In this document: positions 13,595 through 24,549 of the stretch, in pieces
How the letters are laid out: the number at the start of each line of letters is the position of its first letter
Numbering within the stretch: the stretch's first letter is position 1
Source of the DNA: Gordius albopunctatus
Taxonomy: Eukaryota
Assembly (NCBI GenBank): GCA_964276515.1
Contig: OZ193910.1
Location: forward strand, 62,001 to 126,000
Reading direction: 5' to 3'
Length of the DNA stretch: 64,000 nt
Notes under the pieces: generated by a model
Seen by the model: the letters and a program-made list of their open reading frames with translations, nothing else
Database searches by the model: none
Told to the model about the DNA's origin: nothing
Position numbers and translations under genes: made by a program

Positions 13595-15885
13595 AGAATG
13601 CCGCGTACACCGAGATTGCAAACAAACTGGATCATAAAGGGGGCGATAGGCTTATGTAAAAACTGGCCAAAATAAGGGAGAAGAATAGTCGCGATGTCGG
13701 AATTCTTAAAATAGTCAAAAGCGAGAAGGGTCAAACCTTATTCAAGCCGAAAAAAGTGATGGAAAGGTGGAAAGGATATTTGAAGAAACTTATGAATATT
13801 TCAAATGACAAGGATTCCCCTCCAGAAATTGAGCCAAATATAAGTATGGTCGAATTCTTTCAGGAGAATTAAGTCAGGACACAAATGAACAAGATGCAAA
13901 AAGGAAAAGCAAATGGCCCAGATGGAATACCTATGGAAGCATTGCTCGGATTTCGTGAAGAAGGAGTTACCACCATGACGAACCTCCTTAACAAGATATT
14001 GGTAGAAGAGCGAACCCCTAATCAATGGAGAGCAAGCAAGATTATACCCTTATTTAAAGGCAAATGAGACCCTCAGGACTGCGGCAATTACAGAGATATC
14101 AAGCTAAGTTTCCACTCCTTGAAGCTTATGGAAAGGATATTAGTAACAAGGCTGAAAAACGAGGTGGAAATATAAGCTAATCAATTCGGATTCGTGGCCA
14201 GCAAATCCACAATCGAACAAATCTTCGTTATAATACAAATGATGGATAAGTATGGTGAAAAGAGGAAAGACCTACATATGGTTTTTATCGACATGGAGAA
14301 AGCTTATGACACTGTCCCCCGCGATTTAATATAGCGGTGCCTGAGGAAACAAAATATCCCTGACGCATATATGCGGCCTATGAAAAATATTTATGAAGCC
14401 TCAAACTCTTGCGTTAGGACGACAGTTGGAGACTCTAAACCTTTTCGGCTAAATATTGGTTTACATCAAGGCTCAGCTTTAAGTTCTTTTTTATTTAATA
14501 TAATTATAGAAACAATAACAAAGGACATTCAAAAGCCATTGTCATGGTGTATGCTATATGCCGATGATATAGTACTAAGCGAGGAAACAAAGAAAAGGTA
14601 TTCGAAGAAGCTGAAAAGTGGTCAAAGCGCTTAGCTGGATATGGTTTAAAGGTCAACGATCAAAAAATGGTATATACCCAAAAGTATACAGGTTTACATA
14701 CCTCGGCTCGATGCTACATCAATAGGGAGGTTGCGCAACGGAAGTCAATACCCGGATCTAAAAAGGATGGCTAAAATGGCGAAGTATATCCGGTGTAATG
14801 TGCGACAAGAAAATGCCAATATGGTTGAAGAGCAAAGCTTACAAATCCATCATAAGACCGGTGTAGGGTGTCAGCAGCCAGCGTGGTTTTTCCAAACACC
14901 CCATTCGATTGCGTAAAGGGATGATTAATGGCTTTTTCACACTCTCACCCTCCAATGGGATTGGATAAAGGCGTGATTAATGAGATTTTTTGAGAGAGTT
15001 TTAGCTCGTGTTAACACCTAGAGTTCATCGTGCTGCTACTAAGACATTGTTCCTAAGTAGGCAATAAATCATTACTCCCTTATACTAAACTTTAACTACC
15101 CAAAAAGCACATTATTAATTTTTTGCATACTAAAATTCTTTATACCCTTTATAACTTATAATAATTTGTCTGTTTTTACAAATATTTTTTTATTTCTATG
15201 GGGGTGGGGGGGGGGGGGGGAGAAATCACCCTAAGGTAAATTCGAGCTTTATAAAAATTTAATAATATATATGTAATATAACAATAATAGAATAAAATAA
15301 GTAAATATTTTGTCTATATTTAATTATACAAAAATTTACAAAACCTGACAATTTTAAAAATTTAATATTATAACCAAAATATAACGTTTAAAATAGCAAA
15401 TTGACCTTTGATTGATTGGCAACTCATATTTAACACGGCTGGCATCTGTCATACTACACCGGTGTTACTCTATGGAAGTGAAAAATGGGCATTAAACACC
15501 ACAGAAGGAAAGCTATTACAAGCCACAGAGATGAGAATGATACGGTGGAGCTTGGGGTTTACTAAGCTCGACCATATAACGAATGACTTTCTCATGACAA
15601 AAATGGGTATTCAACCTATGGCGGACATGATTAACGAAAATCGGCTAAGGTGGTATGGGCATATAAGAAAGGACACGGATTACATGAATCGAAAATTACT
15701 GGACATGGAGGTACCGGGGAAGAGAGGAAGAAGACGACCCCGTGTCACGTGGAAAGGGCAAGTCGATAAAGCTATGGAAACTAAAGAGATTAATATATGG
15801 CACTCACTCGGTCAAGATGGAAAAAATTTATCAAAACAAACCCCACCAATGTGGGACCAAATAACTGATAAAGAAGAAGATGCAG
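13590..15885 (+). mobile_element. 5'-truncated RTE retrotransposon (RT to 3' end, GAA tail), interrupted by a hAT MITE
   Basis: GLHQGSALSSFLF, MLYADD, RPVLLYGSEKW, RLRWYGHI and KRGRRRPRVTW motifs. Ends GATAAAGAAGAAGA. Confidence 0.92.
14864..15456. mobile_element. hAT-type MITE (~590 bp)
   Basis: Imperfect TIRs TAGGGTGTCAGCAGCCAGC / GGCTGGCATCTGTCATACTA. 8-bp TSD GACCGGTG / CACCGGTG. Removal restores RTE IRPVLLYG. Confidence 0.85.
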
Positions 15886-16559
15886 GATGAATAACTGCGA
15901 AATTCAGACATATTCTACCAGAACTCATTCTAAGCCTAAACTTTTGTTTTATTTAATAATGCTATGGATATAAATACATGATAAATATATTATACAATTA
16001 TTCACATACCCTAAAAGTCAACCATACTTAGGTAATGATTGCCAAATTTTAAATTGTTTCCAAAAATATATATAATAATATTTACAACACTTCGGAAATT
16101 TTTTTAATATCAAATATATTCCATTATATATTGATTTACACTTAATACCTTAAATGTAAATAATGAAAATCAAAGGACAAAATAATTTACTAAATCTAAC
16201 GATCAATAAAAAGTCGAGATCTCGCCGAAAAAATCTCGTATCGTCTCGTCTCGACATCAAAATTGTCGCCTGGATCTCGACTCCATTTTTAAAATTCTCG
16301 TCTCTTTAACAAATATTGTAAGAACAATTCTTTCGGTCTTGAATTATGTCTTTGTACTATCCACATCCTTTTTCTTTTGTATAAATACCTCATTTCTTGA
16401 TTCAATGTCCCCAAAATTTGCATTCCCATCATGGCTATACTTTAGCTTACTTCAAAACCCTTTCATTTTTTCTTTAAAATCCGGCCTCATAACTAAAGCG
16501 GCTTTTAATCTCTTGACAAGCATTTCAGCTCGTGCTATCCCTGTAGTTGTTTGGGGCGT

Positions 16560-19490
16560 GTTTCTGTAGCCTATAAGTTCTTTCCCTCTATGGCTGTTTG
16601 TTACACTTATTGGTCCACCCCTTTAAGTAGGTTTTCCATGTACTCCTGCACTTACACCAGCTTCGCTTTAGCTCGTACCTTCTCAAGTCCTATCTATTTT
16701 ATGTTTCCACGTCAGTTTAGGCCTCCATCTCTTTCGCTTACCTTTCACTTGCACTTTCTTGATGCGATTTGCCAGGTGAATTTTATCCCGTCTATCCAAA
16801 AGGCCATACCATCTCAATCTTCTTACCACCAACTTTCTCTGAATCGGAACTACTTAGTTAATCCCTTATGTCTTGATTCCTTATATGGTCCTTTTTGCTT
16901 ATTCCCAAGATCCATCTTAAAATTCGCATCTCCATTGTAGCCAAGCTTGGCTTCTCTTTTGCCTTAATTGTCCATGTTTCCGCTCCATACAATACCGTGG
17001 GTACAATAAAGGTGTTATATAACCGTCCTTTCATTTTAAGTGGTATGTTTGTCATACGCCACTCAAATACCTGAATTTTAGCCAGCCCGCGTTTATTCTC
17101 GCGTTAATTTTGCTTTTCACACCCCCATCACATTTTTATTTAGAACTAATATATTTAAAATTCTTCCTACTACTTAAACACCAGTTATCGATTTGCAGGT
17201 GTGTTTCTTTGTATTCACTTCCCGAAATCATACATATTCAGCTTTATCTCGATTGATCATAAGGTTTTTGCTTTCAATTCGATCCATCCGCACTTTTATC
17301 TGCTGTGCTAATTCAAAATTTGAGTCTGTGCACAGTATCATCCGAATTCTGATCCTTAATTGTCGAATCCATTATTGTTATGAAGAGAAATGGACTTATT
17401 GCCGATCCTTGATGCACACTGACATTTAGACTGAATTCATTTAATACCACTGGATGTCCATACTTTGGTATTTGCGTTTCTGTACATATCTTTTATTAAC
17501 ATTATATAAGCGTCGGGTACACTGTCAGGCTATCCTATATCAACTGCCTTGACACTTTATCGAAAGATTTCTCAAGATGTAACCCATTTGATGATCCTTT
17601 TGTTTTTCCCTATAAAGCTCTATAAGTCCCCTGAGATCATATTGCATCTGAAGTTGACTTTCCAGGCATTAACCCATATTATCGTCATCTATTGAGATTA
17701 TTTTATTAAATCTAGCTTCTAGAACCTATTCCCACACCTTCTTTAAGTGACTTGTTAACTTTATGCCCCGGTAATTATTGGATTCTTGTACATCTCCCTT
17801 CATTTTATAGATTGATTTAACATAGGACTCCCTGCACTCACCAGTCATCATTCCACTTGCAAGTATTTTTGTTACAGCTTAGCAAGTAAATGTACTTCTA
17901 AGGGCCCCAGCTTTTTATAACCTTTCACAGGTATATTATCCGGTCCCACCGCTCTACCCATGTTAATCTTTTTAAGCACCTGGTCAACATCTTCTTCTGT
18001 CCCTTCTAACTCTATGTCAGTACTTGATTTCGCAGTGGTCTGAAACCCCATTTTTACTGTTTAATAAGTTTTTTAGTATTATTTCCTACGATCTATGATA
18101 TGGTGATCTAGCGTTAGAGGTACCACATCCTTTGAGTTCCTTGCCCTGGTCTTTGCGATTTTGTAGATCATTCTTTTCCCTTCTTTACTAGTTAACTTGG
18201 CATTCAAATTCTCTTAGACCTCTGTTTTAGCCTTAGCTATACAACGTTTTATCTCATTTTTAGCTTTCACATATGCCAATCGTGTTTCTTGATTTCTGTT
18301 GCCTGACCATAATTTGTAAAGTTTTCTTTTCAATTTGACCAGGCGTTGCACGTCTTCGTTCCACCACCATGTCTCCTTATCTTTTTGTATACCTGGTTTA
18401 CCTTCTCCTGGAACACACCTCGCTACTGATGGTACCGTGTTAGCTATGTTATTCCACATATCGTTAGCATTCTGCTGATCATCTATTTGCAGTCGTTCAA
18501 CTATTTGATTATTGTAAATATCTTTCAACTTTGGTAGCCGGAACCATTTGATTTTCCCATTTAATCTCTTCGGCTTTTGTGTTTTTACCTTGGAGATGGT
18601 ATAGTCCATAACAACAAGTCTATGCTGGGCTGCAATAGCCTCACCTGGTATCACCTTACCATCTTGTATATTCTTTAATTTCTTTCTTGATATTAGGAGA
18701 AAGTGAATCTTCGAAGATCGATTTCCACTTTTTTACGTTATTAGGTGATTTACATTCTTTTTGAAGAAGGTATTTGTGATGGCCAAATCAAATGCTACGG
18801 CTATTTTCAATATTTCGTCGCCTTAATCGTTTCTCGCTCCGTATCCATTTCGACTATGGTACTGTTCAAATCCTTCTCTTGTTTTTCCTACATGACCATT
18901 CATATCCGCTCCAATTATAACTATGTCAGCTCTAGGTATCATTCGCAGCGTTTAGGCAAATTCTTCCTTAAAGTCCTCCTTTTCTTCATCTGTGCATCCT
19001 GTTTGCGGAGCATATCCGGAAAATACAATAATCATTTGACTTTCTATACATAGTTTCAACATCATGATTCGCCCACTTTTTCATTGTACCTCAATAACTT
19101 TATCTTGCAGATGTGAGTTTAGTATGATTGCCATGCCATTTTTATTCGTTTCTAGGCCATTGAAGTAAAGTTTATAGCCTTCACCTATCATCCTTGCTTC
19201 TGCGCTTTTACGCCTTTCCATCTTGTTTCCTGTATACAGACTATATTGACATGCCGAGAAGTTGCTGAGGGTGTCAGCAACTTCTCGGCATTTTGCAGTC
19301 ATCATTCCAACATTTAGCGAGCCCACTCTCAATCTTGTCTTTAGCAAATTCTTTAACTACATCAAATGCGGAAGATGTAGTGACCCTCGTTGACTTTTCA
19401 CATGATACGGGCGCCTACCATGCGCGTCGTTTTCGGAGAACGCCCTAGTACTTTCATTACTTTCATTATTACGAACTTTCATAGCACTTG
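16560..19490 (-). mobile_element. Near-full-length but decayed RTE retrotransposon of a second subfamily (APE endonuclease + RT)
   Basis: LRVGSLNVG, GYKLYFNG, IPGEAIAAQHRLVVMD, WWWNEDVQ and PTVLYGAETW motifs. 5' UTR GGGCGTTCTCC..AACGACGCGCA is shared with 20790. Confidence 0.88.
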
Positions 19491-19568
19491 GATCAGGGGT
19501 GACGCTCGGCTATCCAGGCCTGACAGCCGTGTTAACGATGTGAGATATTTTTAAACTTTGAAATAAAT

Positions 19569-19641
19569 GCCGTAGGTGGAATCGAACCGACAACCTCGCG
19601 CTTCAAAGTCTAAACTTATACCCACTACACCACCACGCCCC
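19569..19641 (-). pseudogene. tRNA-derived sequence (tRNA pseudogene or SINE head)
   Basis: A box TGGTGTAGTGG and B box GGTTCGATTCC. Acceptor stem pairs about 6/7, but anticodon and T stems are broken. Loop CTTTGAA would read TTG (Gln). Confidence 0.65.
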
Positions 19642-19789
19642 ATAGGTCTAAATTTTTATAATATATAATAGTGCTATTGTGGCGTTTTAAACATTGGTTA
19701 CATCAAGCAACAAATTGACTACTTCACTACTTTTGTTTTTCCATTCATCCATCCAGAAACTTTCTACATATATATTTAATATCATCCCA

Positions 19790-19871
19790 GTTCCTTTTTT
19801 GCTCGCTATTCCTAACATCATGTGTTGGCGATTCATTTAAATAAACTATTTCAACATCTGAAAACACAACA
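19790..19871 (+). mobile_element. LTR fragment related to the 12918-13129 LTR
   Basis: GCTCGC..ATTC..AA..ATC.TGTGTT.GCGATTCATTTAAATAAACTA is shared with 13054-13102. Confidence 0.6.
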
Positions 19872-20289
19872 AGAAATAACACCTTCCATAACATTACATT
19901 ACACTATACAAATAAATAATAAATATATAATTAATTGTTCATATACCTTAAGGACCACTAATACTAGATTGTCTATTCAATAAGATTATATTACAAATTT
20001 GAAATTTGCGCAAAGCGGATAACTAGGTACTTAAGAATCTAATATCAAAAGTTTCAAAATCATACTAATTTGCATTTTATATCTTAAATGTAAATATCAT
20101 AAAATAAAAATTCTTAATTAGCTAAATTAAGTCACAATAGTTAAAAATAAAAATTAAAGTCGAGATCTCGCTGATAAAATCTGGTCTCGTCTCGTATCGA
20201 GGTAAAAATTCTCGTCTAGATCTCGACTCAATTTTTTGAATTTTAGTCTCGTCTAGGGATTTTTTTCGGTTTTTCCGCATCACTATTTC

Positions 20290-20540
20290 CGAGTCATGGA
20301 AAGAGTTTTGAAACTTTTATCTGTCCTCTTTCTTTTTGCTACTTTCCATCTAGTTTTTTGTATGCAAGCTATATCAACCCGTCGTTTGCTGGGGTGTCAG
20401 CAACTCCTCAGCATTTTGGAGTCAAAGTTCCAACATTTAGCGAAGCCACTCTCACTTACTCTTTAGCTTAGTTATATTAACTACATTCGTTTACGAATGT
20501 AATGATTCTGGTTGACGTTTAACATAATACAGGTGTACTA
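20290..20540 (-). mobile_element. Short RTE 5' fragment (subfamily of 16560-19490)
   Basis: GGGTGTCAGCAACT..., CAACATTTAGCGA.GCCACTCTC and TAACTACAT match 19260-19410. Confidence 0.7.
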
Positions 20541-20667
20541 ACTACGATCAAAAAATATTTTATTGGCTGAAATTGAGTCCAAATTTAAATCTTTTACAGT
20601 AACAAAAAAAGTAAGTTAAACTTCTCGGTAAAAAGGATTTAATATAACTAATTTATCTTATTGTCAA

Positions 20668-22530
20668 CACTACCTACGACGGTCCCAAGTCCGTGTGCAA
20701 AAAGTGGAGGGTTGGCGTCAGGTCGAAAACCGGCTATAAAAATCAACTCCAAAACTATGATAGTTTCAAACAGGATTTTACAAGAAAAGGGTAGGGCGTC
20801 CTCCACAAACGACGCGCACTGCATACCCCGCCCGTGAAATGTGAAAAATACACTAGGGTACTGCCCAACTCACAACGAAGGCCCTTAAGGAAACTAGTTG
20901 TGGAAAGAATGCGAATTACGTGCTGGAAGTGGGAACGTTGACGGGGAAGAGCATCGAGGTCGCACAGATGCTAAAAAAAAGAAAGGTGCACATCGCCTGC
21001 CTACAAGAGACGAGGTGGAACGGAACGAAAGCTCGGGAATTAGGAGAAGGATACAGGCTTTTCTACAGTGGGTCATCAAATCGTAGAAACGTGGTCGGTA
21101 TCGTTCTAAGCGAATCATCCTAGGAAAAGGTGGTAAGTCAAGCGTTGTTCCGACAGGCTAATGTAGGTGAAGATTGCAGATCAAGGGGGCCTCCTAACCG
21201 TTATATGCGCGTATGCCCCCCCCCCAAATCGGATGTTTGGAATCAGAGAAAGACATATTCTTCGATTCATTGGAAAAGGAAATACAAGGAATAGGACAGG
21301 AAGAAAGACTAATTATTGGGGCAGATTTCAACGCTCACGTTGGGAAAAATCGCCTCGGGTATGAACGCAATCATGGAGGCTATGGGCATGGTCTGAAGAA
21401 CAAAGAAGGGGAAAAACTTCTCCAAGTATCCCAAGCATATGACATGGCGATTGTTAACACCTATTTTCAAAAGCGCGAAGATCATATTGTGACCTATAGA
21501 AGTGGGAAGCATTTTAGTCAAATCGACTATTTGCTTATAAGGCGAAAGGACTTGTGGAGTATCAAGGATTGCAAAGTGATACCGGGAGAAGAAATCGCCA
21601 GGCAACATCTTCCCCTTGTTATGGATCTTGACGGAAGAGTATTTCCCGAAAGAAGAAAGTTCTATGAACCTCGAATTCGATACGAAAGGCTAAAGGATAC
21701 GTCGACGAACAAAGAATACTATCAAAAAGCCTGCTCACTCTTGGGTGCAAGGGACTTGCAAAGGGACGTAGACGACGATTGAGAGACGCTATCTAAGGAC
21801 ATTAAGGAAACAGCGATTTGTGTTCTAGGACAGACCAAAGGAGGCAAAGCTATGAATAGGGAACTATGGTGGTGGGATCAATCGGTTAAAGATTTCATCG
21901 AAAGAAAGAAAAATCTATATAGACGGTGGCATAAATCAAAAAAGTCGGAGGATTATCAAGATTACAGGTACGCAAAGAGGGCCGCAAAAAAGGCCGTTGC
22001 AAAAGCAAAGAATGCCGCGTACACCGAGATGGCAAACAAACTGGATCATAAAGGGGGCGGTAGGCTTATGTACAAAAACAGCGAATCCCTAATCAAGGGA
22101 GACCAAGCACGATTATACCATTATTTAAAGGCAAAGGAGACCCTCAGGACTGCGGCAATTACAGAGGTATCAAGCTAACTTGCCACTCCTTGAAGCTTTT
22201 GGAAAGGATCTTAGTAACAAGGCTGAAAAGCGAGGTGGAAATATCGGCTAATCAATTCGGATTCGTGGCCGGCAAATCCACAATCGTGAAAAGAGGAAAG
22301 ACCTACATATGGTGTTTATTGACTTGGAGAAAGCTTATGACACGGTCCCCCGCGACTTAATATGGTGGTGCCTAAGGAAACAAAATATCCCTGACGCATC
22401 AAGTCGATAAAGTTATGGAAACTAAAAAGATTAGTCAAGACATGGCACTCACCCGGTCAAGATGGAAGAAAATTATCAAAACAAACCCCATCAATGTGGG
22501 ATCAAATAACTGATAAAGAAGAAGAAGAAG
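20668..22530 (+). mobile_element. RTE element with 5' UTR, APE domain, three internal deletions, (GAA)n tail and 18-bp TSD
   Basis: TSD AATTTATCTTATTGTCAA at 20650-20667 and 22531-22548. IACLQETRW, IIGADFNAHVG and SQIDYLL motifs. Sequence jumps at ~22078, ~22286 and ~22399. Confidence 0.92.
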
Positions 22531-24366
22531 AATTTATCTTATTGTCAAGAAGCGGTCTTGGATAGCGATCTAAAAGTCTATCGTATTACCTACATTAAAC
22601 AAGAGGTAGTCTTAATCTTTTAAATATTATAATATCCAAAAAAATTAAATTTGCTTCTATTCTTGTTAACCAAATATTTTTTTGATCTTCATTATTTCGC
22701 CTATGCAGGTATTTATCCACTAAGAATACTCCGGTGTTGGTAAAAGAATTTAATTAATAAAAGTTGGAAAAAACATACGATATGTATAAATATTATGAAT
22801 AAAATATATTGGTGAATGACAAAGGTTTTCAGCTTTTTAACGGCTCAATGACTTGTAAGCAGACAATATGCTCTATTTTTCATCAGAATATGGCACGTGA
22901 GATGGGCAAAGAATTTGTGGCTTAAATACATTTTCTTCTGGTTTCCAAATTATCGGACCAATCTAAAGAATTTAAAAGGATTTATTTGTTTTGCATTTTT
23001 TCAGTTTCTGTTACCAAATACAATGGAAAAAATGTAGGTCTAAGACGGTCTTGCATAGCTTATTCTTATATCAAATTAAAGCACTATATTATATTTCACA
23101 AAGTATTGCTCCTTTTATTCCTTAATATACCGACACTTTTAGTGGAAAAAATAGTGAGTGGATTATATCTTATTTCAGTGGTTATTAATAAAGTTTTGTT
23201 TAAGAATATTATAAATTAACATTGCTGATCCCACAATACTTTTAATTGACTTCAATAAGTCTTTGCAAAAGTACTATGTTATCTGTCCTAATTTTTTGAT
23301 TCAGCATAATATATGAGGTTAAGTATACCTTTCTCTTAAGCCTCGTACCATTTTCGACTTAAACTACTGCAAACTTTCCTAGTTGCTATTGAAGTTTTTA
23401 ACACAAAGAATTATAACTGAATAAATGAACAAAAATTTGTGACCTGTAAAACGAAAGCAATAGGTTACGTTACGGCAAAATGGGAATAAGTTAGCTAATC
23501 TACATTATATGTCTAGATTGCAAAGAGATTTATAAAAGTATAGAACATCCTTTTCATTCTATGTATAAATAGAATAGGGAGTATGCTTTCATTATCCATA
23601 TTGTTTATTTACTTATAATTTAGATGAATGTCATCTGCAAATAATTACTTTAAAAATTTGTTAAGGAATTAATTAAGAATATCTTAAAAGCGTCATCCGT
23701 GAGTTTCAGCTAAAATTCTTAAGAAAAAGTTTGTTCAACCATGATTTTTGACTAGGCCTGTCTACAATATGACAAAATTTGTACATCATTAATTTGCAGT
23801 CAAATTGTCGCTCTATAATCTTTATTATTTTTTCCTTTATTCATATTTTACAATTATTAATAATGCTTTTAATAGAAATAAAACAATATTTATAATATAT
23901 TAGATTTCGTAAGCTCACTATAAAAAGTATCTCTAAATAGCCCTTTATAATTCCTATAAAAAATCCTTATTAGTTTCAATTTAATTCAAGTTTTCCATTT
24001 CCTTTTATGTAGGTGTTGTGGACTAAAGTTCTGGTTAAATTAAATATTATTCTCAGTCTTAAAAAGGCTTCCTTTGTAAATTTCATCCCGCTAAAACTTA
24101 GCTTAGTTAGTATGAAACTTAATCAATTCCTACTCGAGATTGGATTTTGCATAAGAATAACTCGATTTTTACAATGGTGCATCTGTTTACCCACGTAGGA
24201 ATAAAAACTAACATAGGTAAATTTTCTTGATTTGCCAAAACATGTTTCAAATGTAAAAGGCATTTAGATACTTGCCAAAACATTTAAAAGTAAAAGGCAT
24301 TTAGATAATTATATATAAAAACTTATAGGGAATTTTTTAATGAATTCTTTATATATATAGTGTATT

Positions 24367-24549
24367 TTAAAAAGGAATTATGCAACTTAACTCATAAATA
24401 TTCTTTTGAAATAAATTTATTTCTAATATTATTTTATTTACTTCTTCCAACGTAGATTTTGTGATAGAATAGTCCTCAAACTCATATAGTTCCCTTATTG
24501 GTTCCATCAAGAGCAAAATCTTAGAAAGTTTTGTGTCAGGGAGATACAC
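24367..24549 (-). CDS. ABCA-like gene, last or near-last exon (R2 domain)
   Basis: TATAG acceptor. VYLPDTKLSKILLLME...EDYSITKSTLEE matches the ABCA C-terminal EDYSVSQTTLEQ motif. Either reads through to the stop at 24367 or splices at 24441. Confidence 0.75.
   Translation of the reverse strand: MYLPDTKLSKILLLMEPIRELYEFEDYSITKSTLEEVNKIILEINLFQKNIYELSCIIPF

Noticed and set aside
19569..19641. Functional tRNA-Gln
   Set aside because: Anticodon and T stems do not pair.
23000..24200. Ancient CR1/Jockey-like RT remnant on the minus strand (LFADDI at ~23625-23645)
   Set aside because: Only one short motif is recognisable, too little to call.
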